Part shown: positions 35,881 through 47,628 of the stretch, piece after piece
How positions within the stretch are numbered: position 1 is the stretch's first letter
Layout: every line of letters starts with the position of its first letter
Origin: Paraspadella gotoi
Taxonomy: Eukaryota > Animalia > Chaetognatha
Assembly: GCA_051294375.1 (NCBI GenBank)
Contig: CM119263.1
Span: 24,966,688 to 25,030,687 of the forward strand
Reading direction: 5' to 3'
Length of the DNA stretch: 64,000 bases
Notes under the pieces: model-generated
Told to the model about the DNA's origin: nothing
Seen by the model: the letters and a program-made list of their open reading frames with translations, nothing else
Database searches by the model: none
Program-made: the position numbers and the translations under genes

Positions 35881-38800
35881 ATGCCCCTAAAGTGGAAAAG
35901 TATGAAGTCGCACAAGCTCGGACGAAACAACCGCGGATATCAGCCCATTCCTCAGAGCGAGGAAGAATTCTTAAACGTGAGCTGTGGGTTTTGATTGTTT
36001 TATTGCTTAATTTTTTATTGTACATTTATTTTAAGGATGAAGCACCGGTGGAAAATAAAAAAGCTCGAAGAAGCACCAAATCTCGAAACAAAAACCAGGA
36101 GGATCCCACTAAATCGATGATACCGGAAGACGATTGGCTCAGCAATTACGTTTTTCGAGTCAGTCATCACGCACCACGTGTTTGAATGGCTTTAAGTTTA
36201 ACCGTTTTTTTTATAAAGGTTATTTTGTTTTAAAATAAAGAATCTCATGCCGGAATTGGACAAACTGGAAGAAAGATTTTGGAATTTAGTCGAAGAGGAT
36301 AACGTCGAGGAAGTAAGTTATTTGAAAACTGAAAAAAAAAAAAAGAAAGGAAATATTGAGATGACTTTTTACGTTTTTCAGGTTAAACGCTTTCTCAAGG
36401 AAAAACGAACGGATCCGAACGGATTCAACATTAATTGCAAGTCGTACCTAGGAAAAACCCCCTTGACACAGGCCGTGTTGCAAAACAATATTGACATGGT
36501 ATACGTACACGAAAACTACTTAACAAACTGTTTCCCTAAAAACGTAAACCACTCTTTCGTCACTACAAGGTAGAGGTCTTTCTGCAATATCCAGAGGTGG
36601 AGATCCGCGAAGCCATCTTGTACGCCATCGACGCGGGAAACTTGAGGATGACGCGGAAGCTCTTAGACTTCGCCCGTAAATTTCGAACCTCGCGAGAAGT
36701 GGACCCGAAGGCCATCCCCGCCGGGGAGTGGGAGTTCCCGGGTGAGGAGGCGACGACGCATTGCCATTGGAGTCGCGGAATGACGCCGTTGATATTAGCT
36801 GGACAAAAGAACAACTACAGGTTGGATTTCGTACTCGTAGGTGTATTTAAAAACTATTTATAGACAGAAGACACCTCTTTTTGCAAAATAGTTTAAATAT
36901 ATTACCTTCTCAAGCTTAGTTAAGATACTAAATATGAATAAAAATAATAATATAATAAGCCAGGTACTCTGGGAGTGAACAAACGAGACTGTGAGAGAGT
37001 CTTGATTGTCATTATCTTGTAAGAGTGATGGAGGCCTGAAAACACCAAAGCCTGTCCAAAGTCAGGGACAAGATAGCTTATTTATTAAATGAATCGATAA
37101 TTTTAATAGTAATAATAAAAGTAAGGAGAAGGTGAAGAATTGTGACGATGTAAGAGAAGTAGAAAAGAAGTGAGACGAGCTCTCTCCTGATCCACTTTTT
37201 ATTTATCCAATTTCATAATAATATTATATGATAAATTAAAAAAAGAAGTTCTGTATTTTTTTCCTTTATTATAATTATTACAAATTGTATCGTTCAGCTG
37301 GGAGCTATTTAACGATTTTTATAACTTTTGCGTCTCATAGCATGATAAAAATGCTTCTGCGCCGCGGCCACGTCATCGAAATGCCACATACGCCGTCCTG
37401 CGTTTGTAAAGAGTGTGCCGCTTCTCAAGATAAGGGATTGGATATGTCACGTGCTCGGGTGAACGCCTTCAAAGCCATCTCTTCGCCCGCCTATGTCTTT
37501 TTAACTTCTCGAGATCCCATCATCGCCATGATGAGGCTAAAGCGTGACTTGGAACTGGCCGCCAAAGAAGACCCTACCTTCGACATGGTTTACCAAGAAA
37601 TGGCCGACACCGTGGACCAGCTCTTGGCTGATTTCATCGACTGCTGCGAGACGACGGAAGAGGTGCAAACGATTTTGCAGCACAAAAGCACGACGGAGCA
37701 AAGAGGGTTTCACAACAGCGTCGTTCCGCGGCTGGAATTGGGAGTTTTCTACGAAATGAAACGATTCGTTGCTCATACCTCCTGCCAAGTCGTGTTAATG
37801 CGCGGCTGGTGCGGCGAATGGAAGTCATGGCGGCAAACGAGCAACTACATGGCAGTAATTCATATCCTATTGAGAATTGTCTTCATGCCGCTATTCGCGT
37901 TGCTGGATCTGTTTCTCCCGTTTTCCGGGTGGGGAAAATGGAATCAGTCGCCGTGCAATAAAATGCTTTTGTTTTTCGCTTCGTACGTCGTGTTTTTGTG
38001 CCTGATCGTCACCCACATTGAGGAAACGAAGAACGTGTTTGTTCGCGGGCCACCGCAATCCAACGTCAGGTTTATCGTCGTTCTTTACGTTTTCGGTCTC
38101 GGTCTAAACCTGCTCCGGAGGTTGAAAATTTTTGGATTCCGCCATGCGTTCGGTTACTACCATTGGAACAAATACGACACGATTATGTTGTCACTGTTTA
38201 TGGGAAGCTTTGGTTGCTGGGTTTTGTCCTGGTTCGAAGTGCAGCAACACGATCACAGATGGCGCTACCAGGCTCGTATGTGTTGGACGCCGTTTGAGAC
38301 GACGCTGTGGGCGGAGGGTTTATTTACTCTCGCGGCTTGTATGGCGTACGTTCGCCTGATGTACTGGTTTCAATTGAGCTCAAGATTCGGACCGATCGGC
38401 GTCTCACTCCGTTCCATGTTCGACAACGCACTGAGCGTTTTTGCCATCACAATTTGTTTACTCTGGATATCGTTTGCTCATGCCCTCAGCGCCCTCTTCC
38501 CTTACTATTACGGTCAACGATGGGTCATAAACGGGATGGTGGCTAAACGACAAGATCCAGGATTCACAACCTTTGAAACGGCTCTCAAATCTTTGTTTTG
38601 GGCCATTCTGGGCATGATGCCTTTCAGCGCTGCCGACGTGGTGATTGACAATCTCGACACGAATCCCGAGTGTGGCTTTTCTTCCCATAACACGAGCCAA
38701 TCCGTTATCAACCAGCACAAGCCGACCGAATGGACTTCTCACTTGCTCTACGCGATCTACCACATTCTCACCACAGTAATAACGATGAACATGCTCATCG

Positions 38801-39321
38801 CCGTCATGTCCAACACCTTCACCGAAATTTCCGCCTCTCGAAGCCGAGAATGGAAATTCAATCGGACTAAGTTTTATTTGGAATTCATGAACAAACGGCA
38901 AACGCTGCCCCCGCCGTACAATTTAATTCCTTCGCCCGCTACCTTTTTTCGCGTCTCTTCGTGGCTCGTAAAGAAATGTCAGGGAAGCGCGGAAGCCAAA
39001 TGCAATGCCGAGCAATGCTGCTACACCGCGGACGAAGTCAAGGTGAAAGAGGAATGGACGAAATACACGAGGATCCTCGCGGAAATGGTTCAGCGCTACT
39101 TTGCTCGTCACGCCGTCATCGAGGCGAAGGAAAGAGGAGGCGAGGAGCGCCTCAAACATCTCTTCAAAAATCTAAGGGCAGAAGTTAAAGAATTGAGGAG
39201 AGTGTCGGAGGACCTGCTGGAAACTCTAACTCAGGGAGGAAGTCAAGCTAACTACGATAAAGAATTCGAATTTACCGTTCATCCTTTCGAAGCGGTAAGG
39301 CACATGATCATTGATCAATGA
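35881..39321 (+). CDS. TRPC-subfamily (trp/trpl-like) cation channel
   Basis: Exons approx. 35881-35976, 36036-36158, 36241-36312, 36382-36498, 36570-36820, 37341-39321. Ankyrin repeats, PHTPSCVCKEC, AISSPAY..SRDPI, FVAHTSCQ, pore LFWAILG, S6 MNMLIAVMSNTF, TRP box EWKFNRTK, LPPPYNLIPSP. Confidence 0.92.
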
Positions 39322-39769
39322 TTATACTCAATTACTCATAGGTTATATTTTCTAATCGAAACATAAATAATCATTATCATCTCTTGATTTTTTAAAAGTT
39401 GAACGTCGACTCGCAGATGGGAGAGAGCGATGTCAAACCGACGAGTAGTGTAGAAGCTCAGCCTGATGTAGAGAATGAGGAATTCACAGTTTTCATCAAC
39501 CCTCTGAATGGAACGCAAACAGATGCTGAACAAGTAGAAAAGAGTTAAACTTCGAGCGTGAGGAGAAATCTCAAGGTCAATGAAGATGTATATTTATGTT
39601 GTCCTTGCTTTTTCCAGTTCATCTTTTTTAAATAGAAAGTTGTTTCAATTAACGTCAAATTAACAATTCAATTCAATTCACATCAACAATTCAATTCAAT
39701 TCACTTAACATCAAATTTACATTTTAGATTTAATTTTATATGGTGCATTTACGGCGTGAGTGATAGAGT

Positions 39770-40375
39770 TAGGGGGAAACTAACTCAGTAAGGTGGTTAA
39801 GAAATTTGAATTAAGCACCTGCTCAAACGAAAATTCAAACATTTTTTTAAAAAATTGAATAGATAATTTTTTTTAATATTACTCCATATATTATTTTTTT
39901 AATATTTATTTATAAATAGGAAAGGCTAAAAAATTTTTTCGGATTTTTTTAATTTTAAGATCAGATTCGGGTAGCTTGCAAAAAGTTGTCTACACAAAGT
40001 ATAATTTTTTTTTCAATATTTTGATCATAAGTGTGTGAAAAATATGAAAAACTATTTATAATCATCATCATCATCATTTTTCGATTATTTTATTACTTTT
40101 TCTTAATTTTGACCAAGAAAACCTAAATATTTTTGAAAGTTGTAGTTAAATTTTTTATTTAACTTTTTATGCTCTATCAGAATCCATCAAAAACAGTTAA
40201 GATTGATTAAAAAAAAATGTTATCATTATATAGTAATATTGTAATTTTAATAGCAACAATAAAAGCATTAAAATCTAACTTTTTTAAAATTCTTTTTTTA
40301 CCTAAAAGTAGACTTCAAGACTAAAGTTTTGAACCCCCGCCCCTATTGAATTTAATTTCATAGTAGATTTCTAAT
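39770..40375 (+). mobile_element. ~600-bp AT-rich repeat, copy 1 (inverted partner at 59883-60390)
   Basis: Begins TAGGGGGAAACTAACTCAGTAAGGTGGTTAAGAAATTTGAATTAAGCACCTGCTCAAACG and ends CATAGTAGATTTCTA. Colinear with the reverse complement of 59883-60390, with indels. Confidence 0.85.
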
Positions 40376-41303
40376 AGAGTAAATTGTAAGATTATCAGCA
40401 ACAGGCGTTTTAAAATTGTAATAAAAAATATTAAAATAAAATGCAACAGTAGAATAGTGTAGTTTTAATAAATGTTTTCCCACTTTATTTTTAACTAATA
40501 TTATTATTTATTAATTCGGGAGTTCTACGATTCAATGACGATGTTCATTTGATGATTTGACTTATCGGGCGGAGTGGCCGACGCTTCCTCCATCTCTCCG
40601 CCGGAGTCGTCTTCAATGTCGGCCAGAAAAAGAAAACTCCCCCGTCTCGTCGGACACGTCAAATTTTAGCCCTTTGTAATCGACATTCTCAATTAAAACA
40701 TATTATTAAGACTTATTGTTTCTCAAAACATTCATCCCTTACAATTCTCGCCCAAGGAAATCGTGGAAACCTTTGGAGGATGGGACAAGGGAAGCCCTTC
40801 CTCTTCTCACACCCAAATGCGAGACGATGGGGAAAAATAAACTCCATGGAATCTAAACATTTCTTTCAGCTGCTTTCGGTTGCATTGCAAATCAACTTAT
40901 TAACCGGGACCGTTGTCAGGCCTAACGACTTTTTCCTCGCGTTTAACGGCATCTTTCCTAAAATAAATCGTCCATGCTACATTGAATATTAATATTATGG
41001 AATCTTAAAACTTCTCTATACAATTGCTGTACCTTTTATTCTTTCAGAAAAAAACCCATAAAATTGTTATCCTTTTCTTTTCTTTCAAGAAAAACAATTC
41101 ATATTAATACTCGTTTGCGGACTGTTTGTTTACCCCAATTTTTTTTTTCTTGGTTCATAATTTCAAATCTCGGTGGCTTTTAGTTCAACTTTTTAATATC
41201 AAGTTTTATTTTGACATCTAGACGTTAAAACAAGTTTGGAGTGTGGGACGACGGATTCTTATTTCTACTTTTTCGTTGCAGATCATTAATAATAATTATT
41301 AGA

Positions 41304-44096
41304 ATGTCGAACGCCTTAAGTGCTAACGAAGTGCGCACTGACAGAGGGGAAAATGGCGAAGAGAAACCGACGCCGGAAGCGACTTACTCGTTGACGATAG
41401 TCTTGGTGTTTCACCTTCTCGTGTACGTGTTGGTTAGAAACTTGAACGACCGGTTCCCAAATCCACTGACGACTAAGGATATGGAGACAAGTCCGTCCAG
41501 GTTTATCGAGGAAAACGCGGTGCGACATCTTCGGGCATTGACTTCGTTAGGAGATCGAATGACCGGAAGCGAAGCCAACGAGGTCCATGCCGTGGCCTCC
41601 CTCCTTGCCGAAATCGAAAGCATTCAAAAAAGTGCGCGCCCCGTTCATCAGATTGACGTGCAGCTTCAGGAAGTTTCCGGATCGTTCAGCTTAGGATTTT
41701 TGAAACATTTTTCGCATTCCTACGAAAACGTTAAAAACTTATTAGTACAATTCAAACCGAAAAATGTAGAAAACGTTAAATACTTGCTCATCAATTGTCA
41801 TTTTGACACGGTATGTCAAAGTCCCGGCGCTAGCGACGATGGAGCGAGCTGCAGCATTATGTTGGAGACTCTTCGAGCTCTCTCTCAAGCGGAAAAGCCC
41901 TTCGCACACGGACTCATCATGAATTTTAACGGAGCCGAAGAAAATATCCTTCAAGCTAGCCACGGCTTCATCACTAAACACCCCTGGGCCAGAGACATCA
42001 AAGCATTCATCAACTTGGAAGCCGCCGGTGGAGGAGGCTGGGAATTGTTGTTTCAATCGGGTCCTCAACACCCTTGGCTTCTAAAAGCTTACGCGGAGTC
42101 TGCCCCATACCCATTCGCCCACGGCATCGCCCAGGACATTTTCCAAAACGGTCTCGTTCCTTCCGATACGGATTATCGCATTTATCGCGACTTCGGAAAA
42201 TTGCCGGGTCTCGACATCGCCTACATTTCCAACGGATACATATACCACACTCAGTGGGACGACATGAAACAGATTCCCCCAGGGTGCCTCCAACGTGGCG
42301 GCGAAAACGTCCTGGGCCTTTTGACGAATCTGCTCAACTCACCATACTTAATCAAACCGGGCGGCTACAAGTTCGGCAGCGTCGTTTTCTTTGACTTCCT
42401 CGGACTGTTTATGGTGACCTATTCTGAACAAATGAGTCGAATTTTAAACGTGGGATTCGGGATCCTCGCCTTGTCTGCCATCGCTTGGAAAGTTGCGGGA
42501 AAGAAGTCACGTCTCTCTCACAGATTCGGTGACCCAACCAGTCCAATCGGAGTCGAGTATTTCATCTTACTTACCAAGCAATTTGGAATTTTTCTGTTGG
42601 CGGCTTTGTTGTCCGGGTGCGTGCCCGCTTTGGTAGCTAGTCTTTTGAGCGGGTTTATCTTCGAACCCACGTCGACGCTCGGATCCTTATTTTTTCGACC
42701 TATGTCGTGGTATGCGAATCCGACGAACGTTTTCGGTCTTTATTTTCTCCCATCGATGGCCACGTTTTTGTTCGTCATCGCCAGATTTTCCTCGGAGGCT
42801 CAAACCTCTTGGATCCGAAACAAGTTTCACTTGGAGGACGCGTGCGCCGATGGAATTCAACTTTTGTTTAGCGTCGTCATGCTCGTGGCCACCTTCTACC
42901 GCATCATATCCGCTTACTTGTTGCTCCTTTTCATTGCTATTCCATTTTTTTGTCGCTACCTCGTTGGCTTGTCTCCCAAAAGCTTTTACGAAAACCCCTA
43001 TCGATGCCTCCTGCTCAAACTGATTCTCTACTCTCCCGCCGTTTTGTACCTGACCAAACTCGTGTGCATAATGTTTCAATTCTTTGTGCCCATCATGGGT
43101 CGTGTTGGCTCTTTCCTTCCTTCGGAACTGGTGATCGGACTTTTTTCTACTGTCATGGTCGTCGGATTCGCTTCAGTTTGGTTCGGATTGATATTCGTCG
43201 TCGGGCGTCGGGCAGTGGACCGGGTCGCCGCCTTCATGATGTTGGCGCATATCGTCTTTCTCGCCGCAGTGCTCTTCACGCCTTTAGGATTCGCCTACCA
43301 CGGGCAAAAGCCGCATCCTCGAGCGCAGCGCTCATTTTTGCATCACATTAATTTCGTTACCTACGACCGAAGCGGAAACCAGCTCAACCGCACATCACGA
43401 CTGTGGTTCATACCTTTCGACTTTTACGGCCACCGCGCATTGCAACCGTTTGTGCCCGAATTGCGTGGACCCGCGTACGAGCTTCCCGACGTTTCGTTGC
43501 CAATCAAGCTTTCCGATGAAGAAGAATTCCCGGCTGCGACATCAAGACCTTTTATGCGAATGCCTTTCTACTTCCCAATTCATTTCTTGATGAGAAAATC
43601 ACTTTTGTTGCCAGAGGTTGAACCCTTTGAGCCGCCGACTAAAATCCATGTCTCCCTGATCCAAAGATTGGAAGTCAAACCGGGAGTCACAAAAATTTCT
43701 CTGTCGGTTAAGACCCACGATCACATGTCGGTGATGATTATGCCTCGTCCAGGTCACGCCCTTTCTCATTGGTCCGTCGGGGATGGCCGACCGAAAGTCT
43801 CAGATTTTGTTTCAGGGAAGACACCATCTCAAGATCGATACGGGTACTTCATTTTTTACGGTTCCGGTCGTCGTCCAGACGAGGAATGGAAATTGGAATT
43901 CGAGGTGACAAGGTTGTTTCCGCTCGAGACTCTAGGCATAAAAAATTCGGACGTTGTGGTTGACCTCAACATTAATCCTCATTTCGTTATCGGTGATAAA
44001 AGGAAATCCAAGGCTACTGAAGCATTCCTAGAAAAACTTCCTTCGTGGTCTTATTGTGTTGCTTGGACGGCAGAGCAACATCTCATGATGTTTTAA
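41304..44096 (+). CDS. ERMP1: Endoplasmic reticulum metallopeptidase 1 (M28 family); intronless CDS
   Basis: LINCHFDTV, PGASDDGASCSIMLE, FNGAEENILQASHGFIT, FINLEAAG.GG, PSDTDYRIYRDFG, GLDIAY, YHT. Multi-TM middle region and luminal C-terminus. Confidence 0.92.
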   Translation: MSNALSANEVRTDRGENGEEKPTPEATYSLTIVLVFHLLVYVLVRNLNDRFPNPLTTKDMETSPSRFIEENAVRHLRALTSLGDRMTGSEANEVHAVASLLAEIESIQKSARPVHQIDVQLQEVSGSFSLGFLKHFSHSYENVKNLLVQFKPKNVENVKYLLINCHFDTVCQSPGASDDGASCSIMLETLRALSQAEKPFAHGLIMNFNGAEENILQASHGFITKHPWARDIKAFINLEAAGGGGWELLFQSGPQHPWLLKAYAESAPYPFAHGIAQDIFQNGLVPSDTDYRIYRDFGKLPGLDIAYISNGYIYHTQWDDMKQIPPGCLQRGGENVLGLLTNLLNSPYLIKPGGYKFGSVVFFDFLGLFMVTYSEQMSRILNVGFGILALSAIAWKVAGKKSRLSHRFGDPTSPIGVEYFILLTKQFGIFLLAALLSGCVPALVASLLSGFIFEPTSTLGSLFFRPMSWYANPTNVFGLYFLPSMATFLFVIARFSSEAQTSWIRNKFHLEDACADGIQLLFSVVMLVATFYRIISAYLLLLFIAIPFFCRYLVGLSPKSFYENPYRCLLLKLILYSPAVLYLTKLVCIMFQFFVPIMGRVGSFLPSELVIGLFSTVMVVGFASVWFGLIFVVGRRAVDRVAAFMMLAHIVFLAAVLFTPLGFAYHGQKPHPRAQRSFLHHINFVTYDRSGNQLNRTSRLWFIPFDFYGHRALQPFVPELRGPAYELPDVSLPIKLSDEEEFPAATSRPFMRMPFYFPIHFLMRKSLLLPEVEPFEPPTKIHVSLIQRLEVKPGVTKISLSVKTHDHMSVMIMPRPGHALSHWSVGDGRPKVSDFVSGKTPSQDRYGYFIFYGSGRRPDEEWKLEFEVTRLFPLETLGIKNSDVVVDLNINPHFVIGDKRKSKATEAFLEKLPSWSYCVAWTAEQHLMMF

Positions 44097-44770
44097 GATC
44101 GGATTTTATATTGTATTTAAATGGAAATTAGTTTAAAATGCAACACTCCTTGATCTCTATTCCAGATTTTTAAAATTTGTTATTTGAAATGAAGAACTTA
44201 TAAGGTTACTCGTAAGCTAGTTTTGAGTCATATAAAATATGCAATCATTTTTTTAATCAATTAGCACTAAACTAGTCTTTATTGCACCCAGATTCCAGAC
44301 GTTATTCGGGAGTTTGAGAAAAAAAGTTTGGTTGGTATCACTTTCAAAATAAATTTAAATTATGCTATTTGTTAATAGTTTTCCTCAATTACACATTAAG
44401 CTAACTGAAGCTATTCTGCATTTTTAATATTGCGCATTTATAATTATATCTATCTTTTAAAAAAGCTTTACACAATGTTTATAAAAATAGCAAGTTATAC
44501 AAGTTAAAATATTCTCACAAAACCAAAAAACGACCTAAATAAATAACTTTTGGCTTTGTCGGAATTATGAATTATTGAAATATTTTTACCGTTAACGATG
44601 TCAAAGTACAGTATTATTAATTTTTTTTTTAAAACATCTATTTTAGCATCAGTTGATAATTTGATTTTTTATTTATTGCCTGAACCAATTTCTTTCTCAA
44701 CTTTTTTACCAACAGATCCGGTTTGAATATTACGGCGTCTGGTTTGCCAAATCTTGTCAACGCTTTAAAA

Positions 44771-47053
44771 ATGTCTGCCATTCTCAACTGCAGTCGTGGC
44801 GTCCTCGCCCGGCGTCAATTTGTTCAGCGCCTCTTCGGCGTCTCGTCCGTGGCTCAAAGCAAAATCATTTACACGGAAACTGATGAAGCTCCGATGCTTG
44901 CCACGTATTCTCTTTTGCCGGTCATCCAAAGATTCGCCAAGCCCATGGGAATCGAAGTGGAGAAGCGTGATATTTCGGTTGCCGGTCGACTCCTCGCTCA
45001 TTTCTCTGACCGTTTGAGGCCGAATCAGCGCATCCCCGACGAGCTGTCTTACCTCGGGGAATTGGCCAAGACCCCCGAAGGAAACATCATCAAGCTCCCG
45101 AACATCAGCGCGTCCATCCCTCAACTGCTCGAATGCATCGAAGAGTTGCAGAAAAAAGGCTATGACATTCCCGATTTCAATCCGAATCCTAAGACTGAAG
45201 AGGAAAAGAAGATTCGTGAGCGATTCGCGAAGGTCCTCGGCAGCGCCGTCAATCCCGTCCTCCGTGAGGGCAACTCCGATCGCCGGGCAGCACCTCCCGT
45301 AAAGAAACACGCACAAAGCATTAAAAAGCGCAACCCGCAGATGCGTCCTTGGAGTCAAGACTGCCGCGCCACTGTGTCCCACATGGACGAAGGAGATTTT
45401 TTTGGCAGCGAGCAATCGCACATAATGCACAAAGCCGGAAGCGTTACTATCACTCTTAAAACCTCACAGGGCGACGTCGTTTTGAAAGATAACCTCAAGT
45501 TGTCCGAAGGAGAAGTGATCGACGCATCCCGTATGAGCATTAAGCATCTCGTTCGGTTTTTCGAGAAAGAAATCGCCGACTGCTACGAAAAAAAACTGAT
45601 GATGTCGCTTCACATGAAAGCTACGATGATGAAAGTCTCTGACCCAATTATTTTCGGTCACTGCGTGAAGGTCTTTTACAAGGACGTGTTTGCCAAGCAT
45701 GCCGCTCTTTTCTCTGAGTTAGGAGTTAACCCCAATAACGGCCTAGGTGATGTTTACGAGAAAATAAAAGGTCACGCAAAGCAGGCTGAAGTAGAGGCCG
45801 ACATTAAGGCAACGTACCAAAAGCGCCCCGGTTTAGCAATGGTTGACTCTGATAATGGCATCACTAATCTTCACGTCCCAAGTGACGTCATCATCGACGC
45901 TTCGATGCCAAACGTCGTCCGTGACGGTGGAAAAATGTGGAACAAAGACGATAAATTGGAGGACGTTAAATGCGTGATACCCGACCGTTGCTACGCGGAT
46001 ACCTACGGCGTCATTTTGGAGGACTGTCGCAAAAACGGCCAATTCGATTGGATGTCCATGGGCCACAATTCAAACGTTGGGCTCATGGCTCAAAAAGCCG
46101 AGGAATACGGCTCTCACGATAAAACTTTCGAAATTCCATCCGACGGAACAGTTGTCGTTACTGATAACGACGGTAAAACCATTTTCAAGCACGATGTTGA
46201 AAAGGGGGATATTTGGCGCATGTGTCAAACCAAGGATTTGCCAATTCGGGATTGGGTTAAGCTTGCAGTTTCTCGCGCCCGAGCAACAGGAGCAAAAGCG
46301 GTCTTTTGGTTAAATGCTGACCGCGCCCATGACGCCAACGTCATGAAGCTTGTGAAGAAATATCTGGCTGATCACGATACAGCCGGCCTCGATATTATAT
46401 TTGCCAAACCAGCCGACGCCATGAAGATAAGTTGCGAGCGCGCTCGCGTTGGTCTCGACACCATTACTTGCACCGGGAACGTACTAAGGGATTATCTGAC
46501 AGATCTTTTCCCAATTTTAGAGCTCGGCACTTCGGCTAAAATGCTTTCGGTTGTTCCGCTCTTGTCTGGGGGCGTATTGTTGGAAACCGGCGCTGGCGGT
46601 TCCGCGCCCAAGCACGTTCAACAGTTTCTAAAAGAGGGGCACCTTCGGTGGGACTCGCTCGGCGAATATCTGGCGACAGCCATTGGATTTCAAGAGCTCG
46701 GCATGCGATCCAAGAGCGACAAAGCCAACCTGCTCGGGGAAACCCTAATGGAGGCAGTGGGCAAGTGGTTGGAGGAAGACAAAACGCCCGGGCGCAAAGT
46801 TAAGCAAATTGACAACCGCCTGAGCAATTTTTACGTTGCAATGTATTGGGCCGAGGCTTTAGCCTCGCGCGACTCCTCCTGGTCATCTTTGGCGAAGAAG
46901 TTGAGGGAAAACGAGGAAATTATCAGCAAAGATCTCATTGAATGCCAAGGCCCGTCCGTCGATATCGGGGGTTATTACAAGCCAGACCCTGACAAGGCCA
47001 ATGCTGCTATGAGGCCGAGCAAGGTGTTCAATCAATTGATGGATAACTACTGA
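44771..47053 (+). CDS. Monomeric (bacterial-type) NADP-dependent isocitrate dehydrogenase with putative mitochondrial presequence; intronless
   Basis: 760 aa. [146 protein letters not shown]. Arg/Ser-rich, acid-free ~30-aa N-terminal extension. Confidence 0.95.
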   Translation: MSAILNCSRGVLARRQFVQRLFGVSSVAQSKIIYTETDEAPMLATYSLLPVIQRFAKPMGIEVEKRDISVAGRLLAHFSDRLRPNQRIPDELSYLGELAKTPEGNIIKLPNISASIPQLLECIEELQKKGYDIPDFNPNPKTEEEKKIRERFAKVLGSAVNPVLREGNSDRRAAPPVKKHAQSIKKRNPQMRPWSQDCRATVSHMDEGDFFGSEQSHIMHKAGSVTITLKTSQGDVVLKDNLKLSEGEVIDASRMSIKHLVRFFEKEIADCYEKKLMMSLHMKATMMKVSDPIIFGHCVKVFYKDVFAKHAALFSELGVNPNNGLGDVYEKIKGHAKQAEVEADIKATYQKRPGLAMVDSDNGITNLHVPSDVIIDASMPNVVRDGGKMWNKDDKLEDVKCVIPDRCYADTYGVILEDCRKNGQFDWMSMGHNSNVGLMAQKAEEYGSHDKTFEIPSDGTVVVTDNDGKTIFKHDVEKGDIWRMCQTKDLPIRDWVKLAVSRARATGAKAVFWLNADRAHDANVMKLVKKYLADHDTAGLDIIFAKPADAMKISCERARVGLDTITCTGNVLRDYLTDLFPILELGTSAKMLSVVPLLSGGVLLETGAGGSAPKHVQQFLKEGHLRWDSLGEYLATAIGFQELGMRSKSDKANLLGETLMEAVGKWLEEDKTPGRKVKQIDNRLSNFYVAMYWAEALASRDSSWSSLAKKLRENEEIISKDLIECQGPSVDIGGYYKPDPDKANAAMRPSKVFNQLMDNY

Positions 47054-47628
47054 TAGATAACTGTTCCGGCGTAGTTGGTTTCGATTTTTACAAACTCGCG
47101 GGTAACAACTTATTAACTCATTTGTATTGAAATTCTTTACGCTCAAAACCAGTGTTTTTTGATAAAAAGACATTTGGCCCGCAACTTTTCAAGATCTGAT
47201 CATGCGATCTATTCGTTAAGTTTGTAGTTTTGATAATCATCTCGTGGGCTAATTTGACATACTTTCACCACTGCAATCTACATATCGTTATTTATTTGTT
47301 ATTATTTATTCTGAATTAACGGTTTGTTCAGATCATTGAAATGGTTTGTTCATTTTGATGTAAATCGAACCATAACGAAAGCCGGTTATGAATCAAGCTT
47401 TTTACCACACAGTACTTTTAGTGCTCCAGTTTTTTAGAAAATCTTTGTCAATAGTTGTTGACATTTTCTTCTTTTTGATCACCTTATTCTAGTGTATTAG
47501 GTAACAAATGTTTTTTCCCAAAAATGCAGATTGCAAATAATTGCCCTACTGCTTATACCATTAAAACTAATTAGAATCTTAAACTAAGTAGTATATTTGT
47601 TTCTCAGTTAGAATGTACCTCAGATATA

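Noticed and set aside
40520-40990. GC-richer patch upstream of ERMP1 as a small minus-strand gene
   Set aside because: I could not build a consistent spliced ORF or recognise any motif; it may be promoter or UTR sequence.
44723-47053. Bacterial contaminant contig as the source of the IDH
   Set aside because: It sits between intact animal genes with AT-rich spacers, has a presequence-like extension and an upstream splice acceptor, and has no bacterial neighbours; read-level confirmation is still needed.
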